In this document: positions 12,701 through 26,163 of the stretch, in pieces
Layout of the letters: each line of letters starts with the position of its first letter
Numbering within the stretch: position 1 is the first letter of the stretch
NCBI GenBank assembly: GCA_011109175.1
Contig: RDEW01000003.1
Location: 2,243,761 to 2,307,760, forward strand
Reading direction: 5' to 3'
Length of the DNA: 64,000 nucleotides
Source: Dicyema japonicum
Taxonomy: Eukaryota > Animalia > Dicyemida
Notes under the pieces: generated by a model
Databases searched by the model: none
What the model was told of the DNA's origin: nothing
What the model saw: only the letters and a program-made list of their open reading frames with translations
Translations under genes and position numbers: made by a program

Positions 12701-14765
12701 ATAATTTTTTTTAACAATTAAAAAAATGTCAGTTGAGGAAGCCTGCTGCGTGGATTGCGAACGAGTTCCCTCGGAGTATGGCTATTCCAATCTTTTGTCT
12801 TAGCCATTACCCTTCTCGTTGATCCCTTTTCTTTCTGGCAAGCAATCCTCCGAGTTCTTGCAAGAACTCAACCGTAATTGGACCATCGGCTCCCGATGAT
12901 TCGGTCGCAACATGAGTAAATCGGTAGAGGTCCCCGAGGCAAGAATATTTCTTGATTTTTAGGTTCTCTGAGGTCGAAGCGGCAGCTCCAAGTGTTTGAA
13001 CCAATCTGTAGATATTCGTGCTTGAGAACGTGTCTACACAAGTTGCGTCTCAGACCAAAGATCTACCAGACGTGAAGGGGAAAAGGGTCATCCCGTCAGG
13101 TCTCTTTCCATCTCCTCGAACATCGTTCAAAGCAGCATGACGTGGTCCCTTCCGGCGCTTCTCTGCAGGACAGCGGGTGCAATCCCTTCGCATCGACTAT
13201 TTTCCCGCATCGGCATCGGTGCTCCTGGCAAGCGTCTAGTCCCAGCCTTTGTCCGATTCCAATCTTCAAAGAATCGTCGTCCAAAATAGTCCCTAGGTTT
13301 GGGAAAGGTATTGCACCAAGCCATGCTCCACTCCCTCCACTTGAAGCTGACACTAAACAAGCAAGACGATGTTGATTTGCTTCTTTTTTAAGGTCTTCCA
13401 AAATTTTGGAGCAGACAATGTTATCCCAATTACTTTGCTTCGTTGTGTCTTTGGAGATTTTGAGTCCGGACCCGTTCCATTTCCGACAAGCTTCGTCAAA
13501 TGACTCATTCCAGCGAAGTCCAATAGTGTTATGAAGGACTTGCCGTATCAAATGGCTGCAGCTTGAGAGAGACGATAGATATGCCGGGTACGCGACCTCC
13601 AGCGCCGATCTTAGACCGACACCCCCAAATCCAGAGGAAAGCTTACATTGCTTCCAACCAAGTTCGTCGAAGCGGACGTTAATTAGTGACTCAACAGTTT
13701 GTTTGAGAGATTGTCTATCGAAAGTAGACTGTCGTATTGTTCGTAGCAGGGAACATCGGAGTAGATATAAAAGCTTGGGTAGTCCGATGTTGTTTCTCAT
13801 CAGGAAGAAGATGTGTGAGAGTCGAGACATGACAATCCTTTCGCAAGGCGTGTTAATTCTTCATTTTTGAAAAGTAGATGGTTCTTGAGTTCTTCTTCGC
13901 TGAGTGGGCCGAGGAAATATAATTTATCAACTGGCACAGTCAGGATCCCAGGAAGCAGTTCATTAAAAGACTCCTTGATAGAGAGGAAGTCGGTGCATGG
14001 ATATGAGACATTTATTAGCTCTGATTTGTTATTTAAAGCGGGTAACGCTGTACGTAATGAATTGTATGTTTCCTTGAACGATCCTCCAATTGTGGCATCA
14101 TCGAGGTACCAGAAATTTAGCTGAGCGTCAATTGACCTCACAACATCATCAATTGTCAGGGTAAATAAGAGAGGTCCGAGCGGATCTCCTTGTTGGACAC
14201 CCGTTTTTGATTTAATAATTTCATTTTCAAAAACCAAAGACGTATCTTCCCCATATGATAAATTGACAAGAGGGAAAAGCTTTGGAGCCCTCTTCCAACA
14301 CGTTTTCATAATTTCATCTTCTGAGAGAATTGAAGGCATTCGTTATGTCCAACTTGATTCCAATGCATTCATCTTAAATATTTTTCTGTGTGAAGAAACG
14401 TCTTCCTGCATGAACCGTAGCCTCACATCCGTTCTGGATACTAACACCCATTTGTTTAGGAAAGAACTCCTCTCCGAGTTGTCGGCTCACCAGGGTCGAT
14501 GCTACTTTTGCTGCAAGTCTTCTAAAATAGTTCCCGACAGCAATGGGGCGGATTCCTCCGTTGGGTTTTTTGAAAGCAAGTAGCCTTGCGGAGAAAAGCA
14601 ATTCTCTGGCATATTCTGGGATGTCGCCGTTAACCATTTTTCTGATTAGGTCCGTAATTGATTTGACAAGACAGCGTCCAGCTTCCAAGGTGTAAGTGGA
14701 CGTAAGGTCCTTAATATGGCCAGGACGTAACCCTTCCAAGCCTCCACCGCTGCTAGCGGCGAAGC
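12700..14765 (-). mobile_element. CRE-type non-LTR retrotransposon (RT, CCHC knuckle, restriction-like endonuclease), 5'-truncated and frameshifted
   Basis: GGIRPIAVGNYFRRLAAK, GVQQGDPLGPLLF, WYLDD, CRCG..GLHPLSC, RPDGMTLFPF and C-terminal WLRQKIGIAILRGNS. Confidence 0.9.
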
Positions 14766-14769
14766 TCCA

Positions 14770-15610
14770 CAAATCAAAAAAGTCAAAATTCATTTTTAAG
14801 TCAAAATTTTTATTGATTTTAGTTTAAGGGTTTTTGAATAAAATAGTAACGCGTTAAGCCGCGTTCATTCAGGAAGGTCATTGTAAAGGTTAAGACCTAG
14901 AAAATATTCTGATGAATTTTCCATCAACAGCTTTTTATTGAATCTTTCGTCTAATAAACATTTCGCACTACCGGGTTTATCATTTTATTACTATTTCACA
15001 GGCCGCATTGTGATTTTCTTATTACATCTACCGACCTGAGGATCAATGAGGTCACTAATGCTTACTCGAATATGATTTTCTTTGCAAAGGTTGAACATTA
15101 AAGTTTACAAAACTTGTTGGAAGCATCGGATATCGTTTTACTTCCTTACATGCAAAAGTGTAGAAAATTTATGGCACATGTAACTTGACCGAAGCTATTT
15201 TTAGTCTTTTCATGCATTTATTACGGAGTTGGAAAAATTGGTTTGATCTACGAAATCGATATATGTGTGAATAAAAATAAATTTCTTCCATAAAAACAGA
15301 AAATTTTATTGAAATTATCTACCAAAATAATCTAGATTTTCTGTTAATAATTTTTGTATTACAAGTTGCGGACTCATAATGTGCAATCTGTAGAGAGAAC
15401 ACCATGGTCCAAATTAAGGTAGACAGTGTTATCCGTACCTCGGTGCTTATATCTTGAAAAAAGGACAAGTAAAATGCATCAAGAAATTTCAAAAATTCGA
15501 AATTAAAAAGTTTTGTCCAGAAATTTTTGCAAAAACTTAAGTGTCTTGGAACAACTATTTTGGTAGTAAACATTAACTTCACTAAATTAACAAATCTTTA
15601 ATAAAGTCAT
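14770..15610 (+). mobile_element. Diverged internal relative of the hAT-like MITE family
   Basis: AAGTCAAAA subterminal repeats; 15130-15265 resembles 52700-52830 (AAAAGTG(T/C)AGAAAATTTATG...AAGCTATTTTT). Confidence 0.5.
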
Positions 15611-15619
15611 TCATATTTA

Positions 15620-15762
15620 AGCTCATCGCGAAGAGGAAGAATTATCGAGAGAAAGGAGCTGGCTATTTGAGAACGCATTTCCTTGCAAATCGTCAGAGGA
15701 AGGCGTTTTCAATTATGAGAGCAGCCAGCAGTTGTTAATGTTATTTTTTGGCTAAATAAAGA
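15620..15762 (+). mobile_element. 3' terminal fragment of a CRE-type element (subfamily of 37080-40077)
   Basis: CGCATTTCCTTGCAAATCGTCAGAGG...GAGAGCAGCCAGCAG matches 39988-40048; followed by AATAAA. Confidence 0.7.
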
Positions 15763-16099
15763 TCCCTTTACTATTTTTTAAATCTTTTAAGGTCATATTT
15801 CAATCATTTTAGGTCATATTTGTGGTTGCCATAGTAATGACTGTTTGCTGGGCTTACCAATGATTGTAAGTCTGGGTTTCAAAAGCAATTTCCAAAAAAA
15901 ACTCGTACATATTTAAAAATAAACTTTTTAAATGCGGTTATTCCACTTCAATTATTAGGGAATAGTTATACAAAAAGCTATTCCTTAAATTTAATAATTA
16001 TGTCCCTCAATTGCAGCACTCCAAAAAATATACATAAACTTTATGATCTTCATATTAGTGAACTAACTATCACAAGTTTTGCAAGAGAACTAGCTAAAG

Positions 16100-16400
16100 C
16101 CTTTTTAAAAATCGATGCTCAGAATTTTATTAAGATCGTCGAAAAAGACGTCCACCTCGTTACTGCGGAGAACACTAAACGTCTCCCAATCATGGAATAC
16201 CTTAAGGAACGTCACCTGGACTTCCTCAAGATGGCAAAGTCCCCTGACCATCCCATCGGACCGCACATCAGACTATATATGGACGCCTGCCCGAGATATG
16301 AGAAGAAACCTTCCCCGCTGTTGAGATTAATCCAGGAATCAAAAAACTAACTGCAGGAAAAGGACTGGTATGGACCCTGGGATCACTTATTTAGACGATA
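16100..16400 (+). mobile_element. LINE 3' fragment (same family as 60370-60712)
   Basis: CAATCATGGAATACCTTA, CCTGACCATCCCA, GAGAAGAAACCTTCCC and CTGGTATGGAC..GGATCACTTA shared with 60456-60660. Confidence 0.75.
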
Positions 16401-16439
16401 AACAGAAGATTATGATGTTACTTTAGTTTCGAAAGAACT

Positions 16440-17735
16440 TATTCCAAAGGACGACAAGTAAAGGTCAACACGTCCGAAAAGAACCTCATATTTTATTTGA
16501 TCATATGATGTTGGTCGCTCCCATAGATCGGTCAGTTCCGGCATTGTGGAGAAACGTTGCGCCAATTCATGATATTGAAATAGGTGACTTGTTGTCAGCA
16601 CGTGGAGGTTGCGAAAGGGGCAGAGTAGATCATGTTGGTAGATATGGGTGGTGCCCACATCGTAGACGAGCCAGATTTACTCGGACGTCCCTTGGAAGAG
16701 AGGATTCTGATTGGTCTATTGGAGGAGGGTGTCGCTGTAATATTTTATGTCTCCGAGTCTTCGGATGCTTCTTCGTAGAAACAAAATCGTGTATCTGTTT
16801 CAGACGACTCCTGTCATTGGGGATGGAAGGGATGGATGATAACATTCGAGACAGGTCACTGGTTGACAATAATTTTTTTTGCGGTTTACATAGGGAGTGG
16901 CAGGGATGTTCTAGACTGTAGGCTTGGGAGAGGAACTGCAGGGCTCTCATTTCCAGATGGTCTCCAATTGGAAGGATCTTAGACCACCAATGTAGATGAT
17001 CGACAGGAGTTGATCTGAGACATCCAGTAATTATCCTGAGCGCGATGTTTTGTACTTTTTGTAGTTTGTCAATGGAAGTAAGAGAGGCAGAGGTTGACCA
17101 GCAAGGGCTTGCATGGTTAATAGTTGTTCGAATGAATTGTTTATGATGGTTAGGGCTTCTTTGCTTTGGCCAAAGGAATGGCCTGACATAGCTTTAAGTA
17201 TGTTGATCTTGTGAGAGGCCTTTGTACATTGTTCCTCCACATGTTTAGAGAAAGTTAGTAGTTGGTCATAATAACTCCAAGTATTTTGGGATGTTTCGTA
17301 ACGGTGAGTGGTTGTCCATGAATTGTTGAAAATTTAGTTGGCGGTGGTTGAACGTGAATACAGTGACGGTGGATTTCGATGAAAGGGGGATGGGTGGTTT
17401 GCTCCAAGCCACTCATCAAGAGTGTTCAAGTGGTTCTGAACATCCTCCGTTGCTTCGTTAACGTCTATGTCTTTAGAGGCAATAATCAGGTCATCCGCAT
17501 ACAATAGAAGTGTCTTGGAATTGGTTGGAATGTCGCTTAGGTGCAAGTTGAATACGGTAGGTGACAAAACGGAGCCTTGGGGAACTCCATTTGGAAGGAG
17601 TCTGTAGTGAGATAGACATGACATAATTTTCAGCTCGACTTGACATAATTTCAATTCTTCCAGAGAGGAAATTTGTTAGCCAATTCTGAAGACGTGGAGG
17701 AATTCGAGATGTAAGAATTTTGTTACTTAGCACGC
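16440..17735 (-). mobile_element. AP-endonuclease-type LINE (I/Jockey-like group): RT and 3' region, decayed
   Basis: WLTNFLSGR, GVPQGSVLSPTVFNLHLSD, LYADDL, and C-terminal RVNLARLRCGHHP. Confidence 0.85.
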
Positions 17736-17873
17736 GCCTTGATGTTCGATCAAACGCCTATTGTTGGTTAAATAAAGTGGAGTTTATTGTTTAGGTTAAT
17801 TTTAATTAATTTAATTTAAGTGTTATATTTTCTAGAAAAAAAATAAATAAATAAAATAAATATTTGTGGTGCA

Positions 17874-18796
17874 ATGTCAAGGTACGCGGAAGAAATCTCT
17901 AAAAAGGTAAACCATAGAGTATTATTTAGGCCGATCTTTTGTTGAAATCAAAAATAAGATTGAGAATAGAAAGTATCAACGACTTCCTTAAGGTTATATG
18001 TAATCAACAATTAGTCTCCTCTTATGGACAAAAGGAGGGACATAACGGTGGACATTAACATTCCGACACCTGAGATGATGTTTCTCCTGAAGGCATAATA
18101 TTTCTTATTGTAGAAGTCAGAACTACCAATCATGGGGGACAATTACTCTGATGGTGTACAAAACAGTGACAACTCTAATGATGATTTCATTAACTGCGAT
18201 AATAAGGTTGTTGCCCATGGAAACCACGATGATGTTGTAATATCCAACAAAAAGGATAAGTTAATGTGGCTGCTTCCCTCAGGGACTGTTTCCTCCAACC
18301 ACAAGCTAGCAGAAATATTTGACATCTTCCTTAAATTCAACAAGAAGTTCACGAAAGACATGAATACTGTAGTACACGTGCTTATTGGTAGTTAAAAATG
18401 TGGATAACTCTTCTGATTCCACGAATTGAGGATGGCAATAACTTTGGTGTTGGAGTCCAGGTAGTGTTTATGTTCACTGTAGGATGCTGTCATTGAGAAA
18501 ATAAAGCAGTTTGAACACATTGGCACCCGACAATTTGATGTAGTCTACCGATTCCCTTTGGGACGTGGACGTATTGTGGAGAAGATTGCTAACTTTCCAT
18601 TTATTGAGGATTATAGGACTCATCTGAGTAGCTTTGATAAAAGAAATTATTTTAATTTGAGGGATACCTTAAAATTACTTAGGGATAATTATGTAATTGT
18701 TATTATTATTTGTAGGAAATTGTTTTGGATTTGATTAATAAGAATATAACTAAATTGAGGGTTCCTAGAGTAACCCACACTGACTCTATGTTCTGA
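17874..18796 (+). CDS. PSME3: Proteasome activator PA28/REG (gamma-like)
   Basis: Spliced protein has KMWITLLIPRIEDGNNFGVGVQ (activation-loop region), RGRIVEKIANFPFIEDYR and DLINKNITKLRVPR; six 21-23-nt introns, one of them GC-AG (18093-18113). Confidence 0.9.
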
Positions 18797-20029
18797 TCGT
18801 TCTCACTAATATTATCTTTACTTCATCCATTTTCACCTTCTCCTTAGTAAGAGTCGATAAATTGCTAGCAGTAATTTGATGTAATCTCTGTCGAGAGAAA
18901 TGTTATCTTGGGGTTAAATGGCTAATCTGGTGGATATCTAATAATATCAATTTCACTAACCTTATCAATTTGTTGCCGGTTAAGAGTCAGAGATGTGTGT
19001 AATGTGATTTGTGTAATCTCTGTGCAGTGGAGTTTTATCTTTAGGGTTTTAGTGGCTAATCTCGTGGATATTATAAAAGCGTTATTTTAATCTGTGCATC
19101 TAAATAATCTCTTTTATGGTGTTAGGTTGATTTAGGTTTTGTTATTTGTTTATCTATTTACCCCGGTCCCTATAAGTGAAGAAAACTGGTGGTAAAGTAA
19201 CTAACAAATGGGACGCTCCCAACCAGATTTGTTACTATTTTTCGTTCAACTTTTTTATCCTCATATAAACCTTGATCGCAAAGTGATCTTTTTCAATCGT
19301 TCGGGCAATCATTCGACTTCCACTAGTTTATTGATGCGAAGGGTGGTTTTTCACTTAGAGGAAAGAAAGGATCATACTACTACCAAAATAAAGTAAAATT
19401 CCCCCAAATTCCCTCTTTAATTGAAACCCAATACGAAACTGAGTATGAATCAAGAGATGCTTTAAAAACGGCTTGATAGAGTGTGGAGGAGAGGATGCTT
19501 GACATCAAGCAAGAGAGATGTCTATATGAAACCGGTTTTCCCGATTAAGAATGAGGGATAAAGTCGTCAAGTTGGAAAGAACCCACCCTGGCTATGACTT
19601 TTTGCAATCTTTTTTTGCTATGGCTAAATGACAATGACTATCATTAAAATTCTAGAGAAATGTCACGAGTATGTCCTTTTACTGGGAGGTTTAGCTTCTT
19701 TAAGACTCCCGATTATTAGTATTGCAGTGCTATTGGATGTTGCATTGAAGACTAATCTTGGTTGTATGCCGTGGAATTATGCTATTGACAGTTCACTTAT
19801 TGTTTTAACCGATTTATTGAATTGCCATGACCTCACTAACACGTAAAAGCGCGGCTGCTATAGTGGTCAGCTGAGAGTGTTGGGAGCTCCCACAAGCTTC
19901 TTAGAACCATTGGGGTGCTGGTAGGTTAAAAGTTGGATTAATAATACGATCAAGCTGCTTAGTTCGAATGAAGACAAAATTCAGATCTATTCCGGAGGCG
20001 GAAATGTCCGGAGTGGAGTTGTGACAACT

Positions 20030-21316
20030 TTATTAGCAAGGAAAAATTAAAGAGGGAGTTATTTGGCCTCATGTCGCTAGTCCTGCAAACGCTTGGACTC
20101 TTCTCTGCGCTCTCAGACCCCTCTTATCGATGATTCTATGCTGCAACATACGAGTCAATGATGGCATCTCTTTTTAGGAAGTTTTCCATCCTTTTTTCTG
20201 CTGCATCTCTTATCGACAGTACTAGTAAATTTTCACCTAGCTTCTCGTCGAGCCTTTTGTGTAGGGAAATCCTGATCCTTGCTCTCCTCGATTTTTCAAG
20301 AAGCTATATAAAACGCTCTCTGTATGCAGTGTGGTACCATCCTTCCAGTCCATAGAGGAGTTATGAAATGATCGTACGTGAAAAAAATAAATAAAACATA
20401 TCCGTTTCGAGTCTCAATTTCCTCATACACAATAACGCATGGTGGGCCTTCTTCCTTTTGAGTTTAAAATCGCACAATGTGATCCCAGATTTCTCAAAAG
20501 CTGTTCCGAGATACTTCAGGGAGCTCACAATGTTGATTCCGCACATGGAGTCTTTCTGATTTCCTTTACCATTCCCCGAAGGACCTCATTGCACTAGATT
20601 TTTCTTCTGACACTTTTAACCCATGAAGACCACACCACTCTTTTATCTCTTCCATACACATTGAGTCTCCTCTCTGAGATCATGCTAGATCTCGACACAT
20701 CAGACAGTAGCACGTCGTTTGGTGTAGACGGAGACGGGAAACCGGCCATTAGAATAGCGCCCGCATCTAACATAAAATTTTCTTCCTTCTAGGTACACTT
20801 TCACCCAATTCACTAGTTCCTTTGGGCTCCCCGTCCGAGATAACTGACCGATTATGGCTCTGTGATTAACACTGTCAAATGCTTTTGATATGTCAAGACA
20901 CATGACATTAAGGAGACATTTGGATTCTCTGGATTTGCATAACTCGGAGGTGGATGAAATAAGCAATCACCGCATGACCGTCCTGGGCGAAAACCAAATT
21001 GATAATTTCTGAAGTAGTCTTCTTTTTCCAGCTGATTTCTAAGCTTCCAGAAGATAATTTTTTCTATAATTTTTGAAATTGACCGAATCAGGCTGATCAG
21101 GCGATAGTTAGCAAGATCATTCTTCGGTCTTCCTGTCTTCGCTACCATCCGTACAATAGTCTTTTCCATTCGTGTGGAACATGACCAATTTTGATGCATG
21201 CGTTGAAAATATCTTTGAGAACTTCGAATAAAATTTATGGGCCTTCATTGAACATCCTAGTCTTGATGAAATCACTGCCCGGAGCTTTATTCTTGACAGC
21301 TCTTATTGCTATCTTC
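20030..21316 (-). mobile_element. AP-endonuclease-type LINE RT fragment, 5'-truncated
   Basis: KNKAPGSD, NYRLISLIRSISKIIEKII, YQFGFRPGRSC, LDISKAFDSVNH, SLKYLG. Confidence 0.85.
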
Positions 21317-23310
21317 AGGGAGGTGGAATACGCCCTATTGCAGTCGGAATGGTCTTCCGTCGATTGGCATCAAAGCTTGTATGTAGAGCAATCCTACCTA
21401 CGCTGATAACACAGCTGCAACCAACCCAAATAGGGGTCGGCACACCGGGGGTTGTGAAGCGGCAGTTCATGCTGTCCGAACATTCACCGAAAAGAACGTG
21501 AACATTCCTCACGTAATCGTCAAAATTGACATTAAAAATGCCTTCAACTCGATACGACGTGATACAATTCTGGAGGATTGCTTCACATACTACCCATCAG
21601 TGTACAGCTATATTCATAGTTCGTACGGAAAACCATCCAGTCTGGTACATGGCCAATATTACATTCCATCGTCTTCTGGAGTCCAACAAGGAGACCCACT
21701 GGGGCCCGCCTTGTTCAGCCTGGGAATTGCCCGTATCACAGGATACTGCTCCACTCCTCTGAGAGTATGGTATTTGGATGATTGCACCATGGGCGGCCAT
21801 CCGAAGGATGTACTAGATTGTTTGAAAAGTCTGATAGTACAATTGGAATCCCTATGCCTAACTCTAAACACCAATAAGTGTGAAGTAACCAATTTTGGAT
21901 TTCCACAGTCTGAATGGGATCTGATCCTTGGTATGTTCAGAGAGATCATTCCGAAAGCCACAGAAACCAAATCAGAAGAACTGGAAATACTTGGATGCCC
22001 TCTTACTGATGCTGGAATCAGTAACACTCTAAGAACAAAAGAACATCAACTAAAAACAACATTCAGACGTCTGGAGATGCTGGACGCACACACCTCCCTA
22101 TTCCTCCTGAGAAACGCCTTATCAGCACAGAAACTGAACTACGTTCTTCGGGGGGCACCCTGCTACTTGAAAATGCAACAGCTCGATGCTATCGATTCCC
22201 TCTTCCGGAGTACTATTGAACGTATCACAAATGTGAAATTTGACGACCAAGGGTGGGACCAAGCGACCCTACCCGTTAGCCTGGGCGGACTGGGAATCCC
22301 TTCAACGAAAGATCTGGCTTGCCCTGCTTATCTATCCTCTTTGGGCTCCAGCCGACTGCTGGTCAGGATGATTCTCCAACTCCAAACAGAATCATCTGAA
22401 ATCACAGAGATGGAGCATTTGAAGGGGATGATGCCTGAGCAGAAAGATCGTTACAGGACCATCTGCGAGGATAAATATGAGAGGCTTCTGAACCAATCAA
22501 ACCAACACAGACGTGCATGTCTAGTCACTGGAAGATGCGAATCGAGTGGCGCATGGATCAATGCACTCCCAGTTGGCAGTGTCGGGACCCATCTTGACGA
22601 CGATACTGTCCGCATCGGCATCTCCACCAGACTTGGACTGGAGATTTGCCGGACCCACAAATGCCGATGTGGCGCAACCGTCGATTGTTATGGACTCCAT
22701 GCCCTCTCTTGTCGAAGGAGTGCAGGACGATTCCCAAGACACAAGGCGATCAACGGAATTGTCAAGCGAGCCCTGGAGTCTGCGGGATACCCAGCCATAC
22801 TAGAACCTGTTGGTCTGGACAGAGGAGACGGAAAACGTCCCGACGGGATCACAATTTTCCCATTCGAAGAGGGGAAACCTTTGGTCTGGGACGCTACTTG
22901 TGTCGACACGCTTTGCCCGTCCAACATTGTCGGGAGCGCGGTAGACACACTGTATTCCGCGGAAAAAACGATGATGGCAAAGGAGAAGAAGTACGAAGCG
23001 CTACGCGACCGATTCGCGTTTTATCCGATAGTGGTCGAGACAACTGGAGGAATAAGTGGAAAATCGCTTCGCTTCCTAAAGAAACTTGGACGCTTAGCTA
23101 CACTAAAAAGCCACGACGCACGTGAGACCCGGTGGCTACTCCAGTTGATCTCTGTTGCAATCGTGAGAGGCAACGCAACGCCGATAATGTCGGCGGGGTC
23201 CACTTTGGATGGATGGCAGTTTTAAATATGCTTTACTGGGGATAAATTAACTGATTATTTTATATATTTATTTTATTCGTGATTTAAAGTTAATAAATCT
23301 CAAATAAATA
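21317..23310 (+). mobile_element. CRE-type non-LTR retrotransposon, 5'-truncated, with an intact 575-aa RT-CCHC-RLE frame (21498-23225)
   Basis: GGIRPIAVG, KIDIKNAFNSIRR, GVQQGDPLGPALF, WYLDD, CRCG..HALSC, RPDGITIFPF..WDATCVD..KEKKY; AATAAA in the 3' UTR. Confidence 0.93.
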
Positions 23311-23334
23311 TTAATAATATAATTGTTAACTAAA

Positions 23335-23600
23335 ATGTCTAACGTTATGAAGAGATTTGTGATTTGTGTTATTTCAAAGTGATCGTCGTACCAATTGCTT
23401 CATATTTCCTTACAAAGAAGTATTTATTTGAGGGTAGTTTGATCAACTAACGCATAGACTATTTTGGAATGAGTGGACAAGTGAGTGCCATTTATTCAGC
23501 AGTGGTCACTATTGTTGTCATGCACGCTATTATTTTTGTCTATATCTATTTGGCTTACTATGATGAGGAGGTACCTGATGAAAGGCCTAAAAAGGATTGA
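23335..23600 (+). CDS. VMA21: V-ATPase assembly factor VMA21
   Basis: VPIASYFLTKKYLFE|DYFGMSGQVSAIYSAVVTIVVMHAIIFVYIYLAY...KKD*: two TM helices and a C-terminal dilysine; one 24-nt intron; needs +1 nt near 23376-23378 to join the ATG. Confidence 0.82.
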
Positions 23601-24235
23601 TTTTATAAAGTGACTTTTCGAGTTTTAATTCGTTTTTTGTTACTTCTATACGTTGGTCATTTATACTATGTTGAGATCTGGGAACTGTAGGGTGACTCTC
23701 GTCTTGTAGACACTACCAGGCGAACTATTTGGTAGTTTCTTGGTAAGGAGGTTGGGTCTTTTCGCCACAAATGCAGGCAGTTTTCTCAACAAGCAAATTA
23801 TTTACTTTACCAAAAAAGTGTTAAACAAATTAATTAGGTGATTTGATAGTCTGAGATGGCTCTTCGGTGTTCTTCAAACGTTCCACACTTTCATGTAATC
23901 ACGCTGTTCCTATTTGAGTGAATTGTAGAGGGTAGGCCTCCCGTTGTACATGCTGGACTCTGCTCCTTCAGCGGCTGACTGGTGGGATTGGCTTGTCGGA
24001 TTGTTGCAAAGACTGAAAAGGCTTTGCTACATAACCAAGTCATATGCGCATGTCAGCAGCATTAAGTTGTTTCCCTAAGGGAGGGGCATGTCATGTAGAA
24101 ATAAATTGAAGAGATCTGGTGAGTGGAGATCCTCGATAAAAGTAACCAGAAAGAAACCACGTGAGAGAGAATGAATAAAAATATTTTTATTTATTAACTT
24201 AAAAAATTACGTTTTTTTATAAAATTAAAAATATT

Positions 24236-25583
24236 ATGTTTTGGACGTGGCTTGTTTTTATTATTTCAATATTACTTTTAATAATTGCAGTTCGAAGAGG
24301 CAGAAAGTCAGGAAGGGTTAACATTGCTTTCTTCCATCCTCACTGTAATGCTGGTGGAGGTGGGGAGAGAGTGCTTTGGGCTACAATTGAGGCTCTACAA
24401 ATGAAATATGATTCTGTCGAATGTGCAATCTACTGCATCCCGGGACTCAAAGAGGATGACGTCATCAATTCTGTGTACTCCAAATTTAAAATAAAAATTG
24501 AGAACATCACTCTTGTCCCAATCAAGTCTCATTTCTTACTCGACAAGAAATACTACCCCCACCTGACAGTACTGGCACAACACATTGCTTCCATTTTGTC
24601 GGAACAGAAGCCTTCCTCCATCTGGTCCCTGATATTTTCATCGATACTACTGGATTTCCATTCACGGCTGTGCTTTTCAAACTTTTTTCAAAAACAGGAG
24701 CCTATGTTCACTATCCTATTGTAAGCTCTGATATGGTGGACCGAGTCCGTCAGACCTCGTGGGTAAAGGTGATTTACTACAAAATGTTAATGGTGGTATA
24801 TGGAATTGTTGGGGGTTATTTCTTTGACTGTGTGATGGTTAATTCTAACTGGACTCGGAATCATATTCTTAAAATATGGGGAAATCCAAAATCCACTTGG
24901 TTATTGTATCCCCCTTGTGCGACCAAGGAATTCTCATCTCTCCCAGTGACACGTGGGAGTGATCAGATGTTTGTAGCCATGTCCTTGGCTCAGTTCAGAC
25001 CTGAAAAGAATCTAAAAATGCAAATACTGGCGATAAACGAGCTCTTAAAATTACCGGTTGTTTATTTATTCATTAAGACCACTCCACGTGACAAGGTTCT
25101 GCTCAAGTTTGTTGGGGGAGTCAGAAATGAAGAGGATAAAGCCTTGCTGGATGAACTAAAGTCTTTTGCTGAGCAGCTGGGGATCGGGGATAATATTGAT
25201 TTCTGTGATAACGTGACCTTTGATGGATTGAAAGAAATTCTCTCTTCTAGTTCTATTGGTCTCCACAGTATGGTGGACGAACACTTTGGAATTGGTATGG
25301 CACGTGGTTGAGTACAGGGATTGTGGAGTGTATGGCTGCTGGTCTCATAATGGTGGCACATAACTCGGGAGGACCAAAACTGGACATTATACTTGATGAT
25401 AGTCTTGGATTCCGTGCTGAGACTATCAACGAGTATGCGGAAAAGATAAAATGGGTAATGTCCCGTTCTCCCAATGAGTTGAATGACATAAGAAGGAATG
25501 CAAGGGAATGGGTTGGTGGTCACTTTTCTGAGGATATTTTCCGTGATAATTTTATTCAAATATTCGACTCTGCTTTGTTGTGA
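24236..25583 (+). CDS. ALG11: GDP-Man:Man3GlcNAc2-PP-Dol alpha-1,2-mannosyltransferase
   Basis: IAFFHPHCNAGGGGERVLW, AYVHYP, VMVNSNWT, SLAQFRPEK, DEHFGI|GIVECMAAG..HNSGGPKLDI; 1-nt deficit at the T-run 24594-24597. Confidence 0.94.
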
Positions 25584-26163
25584 TTATCTTTTCATTAATT
25601 GTTTCTTTAAGGATATTTAAATATTAGATATGTACCACTTTAATATATTAGTGACCTCCTCTCCCCAGTCTCCAATCATTGTGGGTCCGGGGTCTTCACT
25701 CTCTGGGAGGCCGAATCTGATCTTTCTTTCGCTCAGCGGGAAAAGTCACAGAAATCGGAAAATACTTTGAAGAGAGCTGCACCTCTTTTAATTATAATGA
25801 GGGAGGACAGTAGTGGGAACCACGGAGGAACCTGTTGTACAATTCCGTGATCACTGGTTTGACTCCTTTCATGATTTTTATTTCATAACTCCAGAGATAC
25901 ACGAAGGAGGTTTTATCCAGTTCCCCGATCAGAGTGGGATGTATTCTTTCCAAGCATCACGTTAAAGGATACACCTGACTTAGGAGTTTGCAATATCTGG
26001 TCGGCATCCAAAAGGATCACTCTCTTCCCTACTCCACTGGAAGACTTCTCACTATGGATGGTCGGATGACGAAGAGGATTAAAGGTGGATTGGAAAGACT
26101 TGTTAATTAAGTCATAATAAATAAATTATTATTTATTTAAATTTTTATAATTTAACTTAAGCA

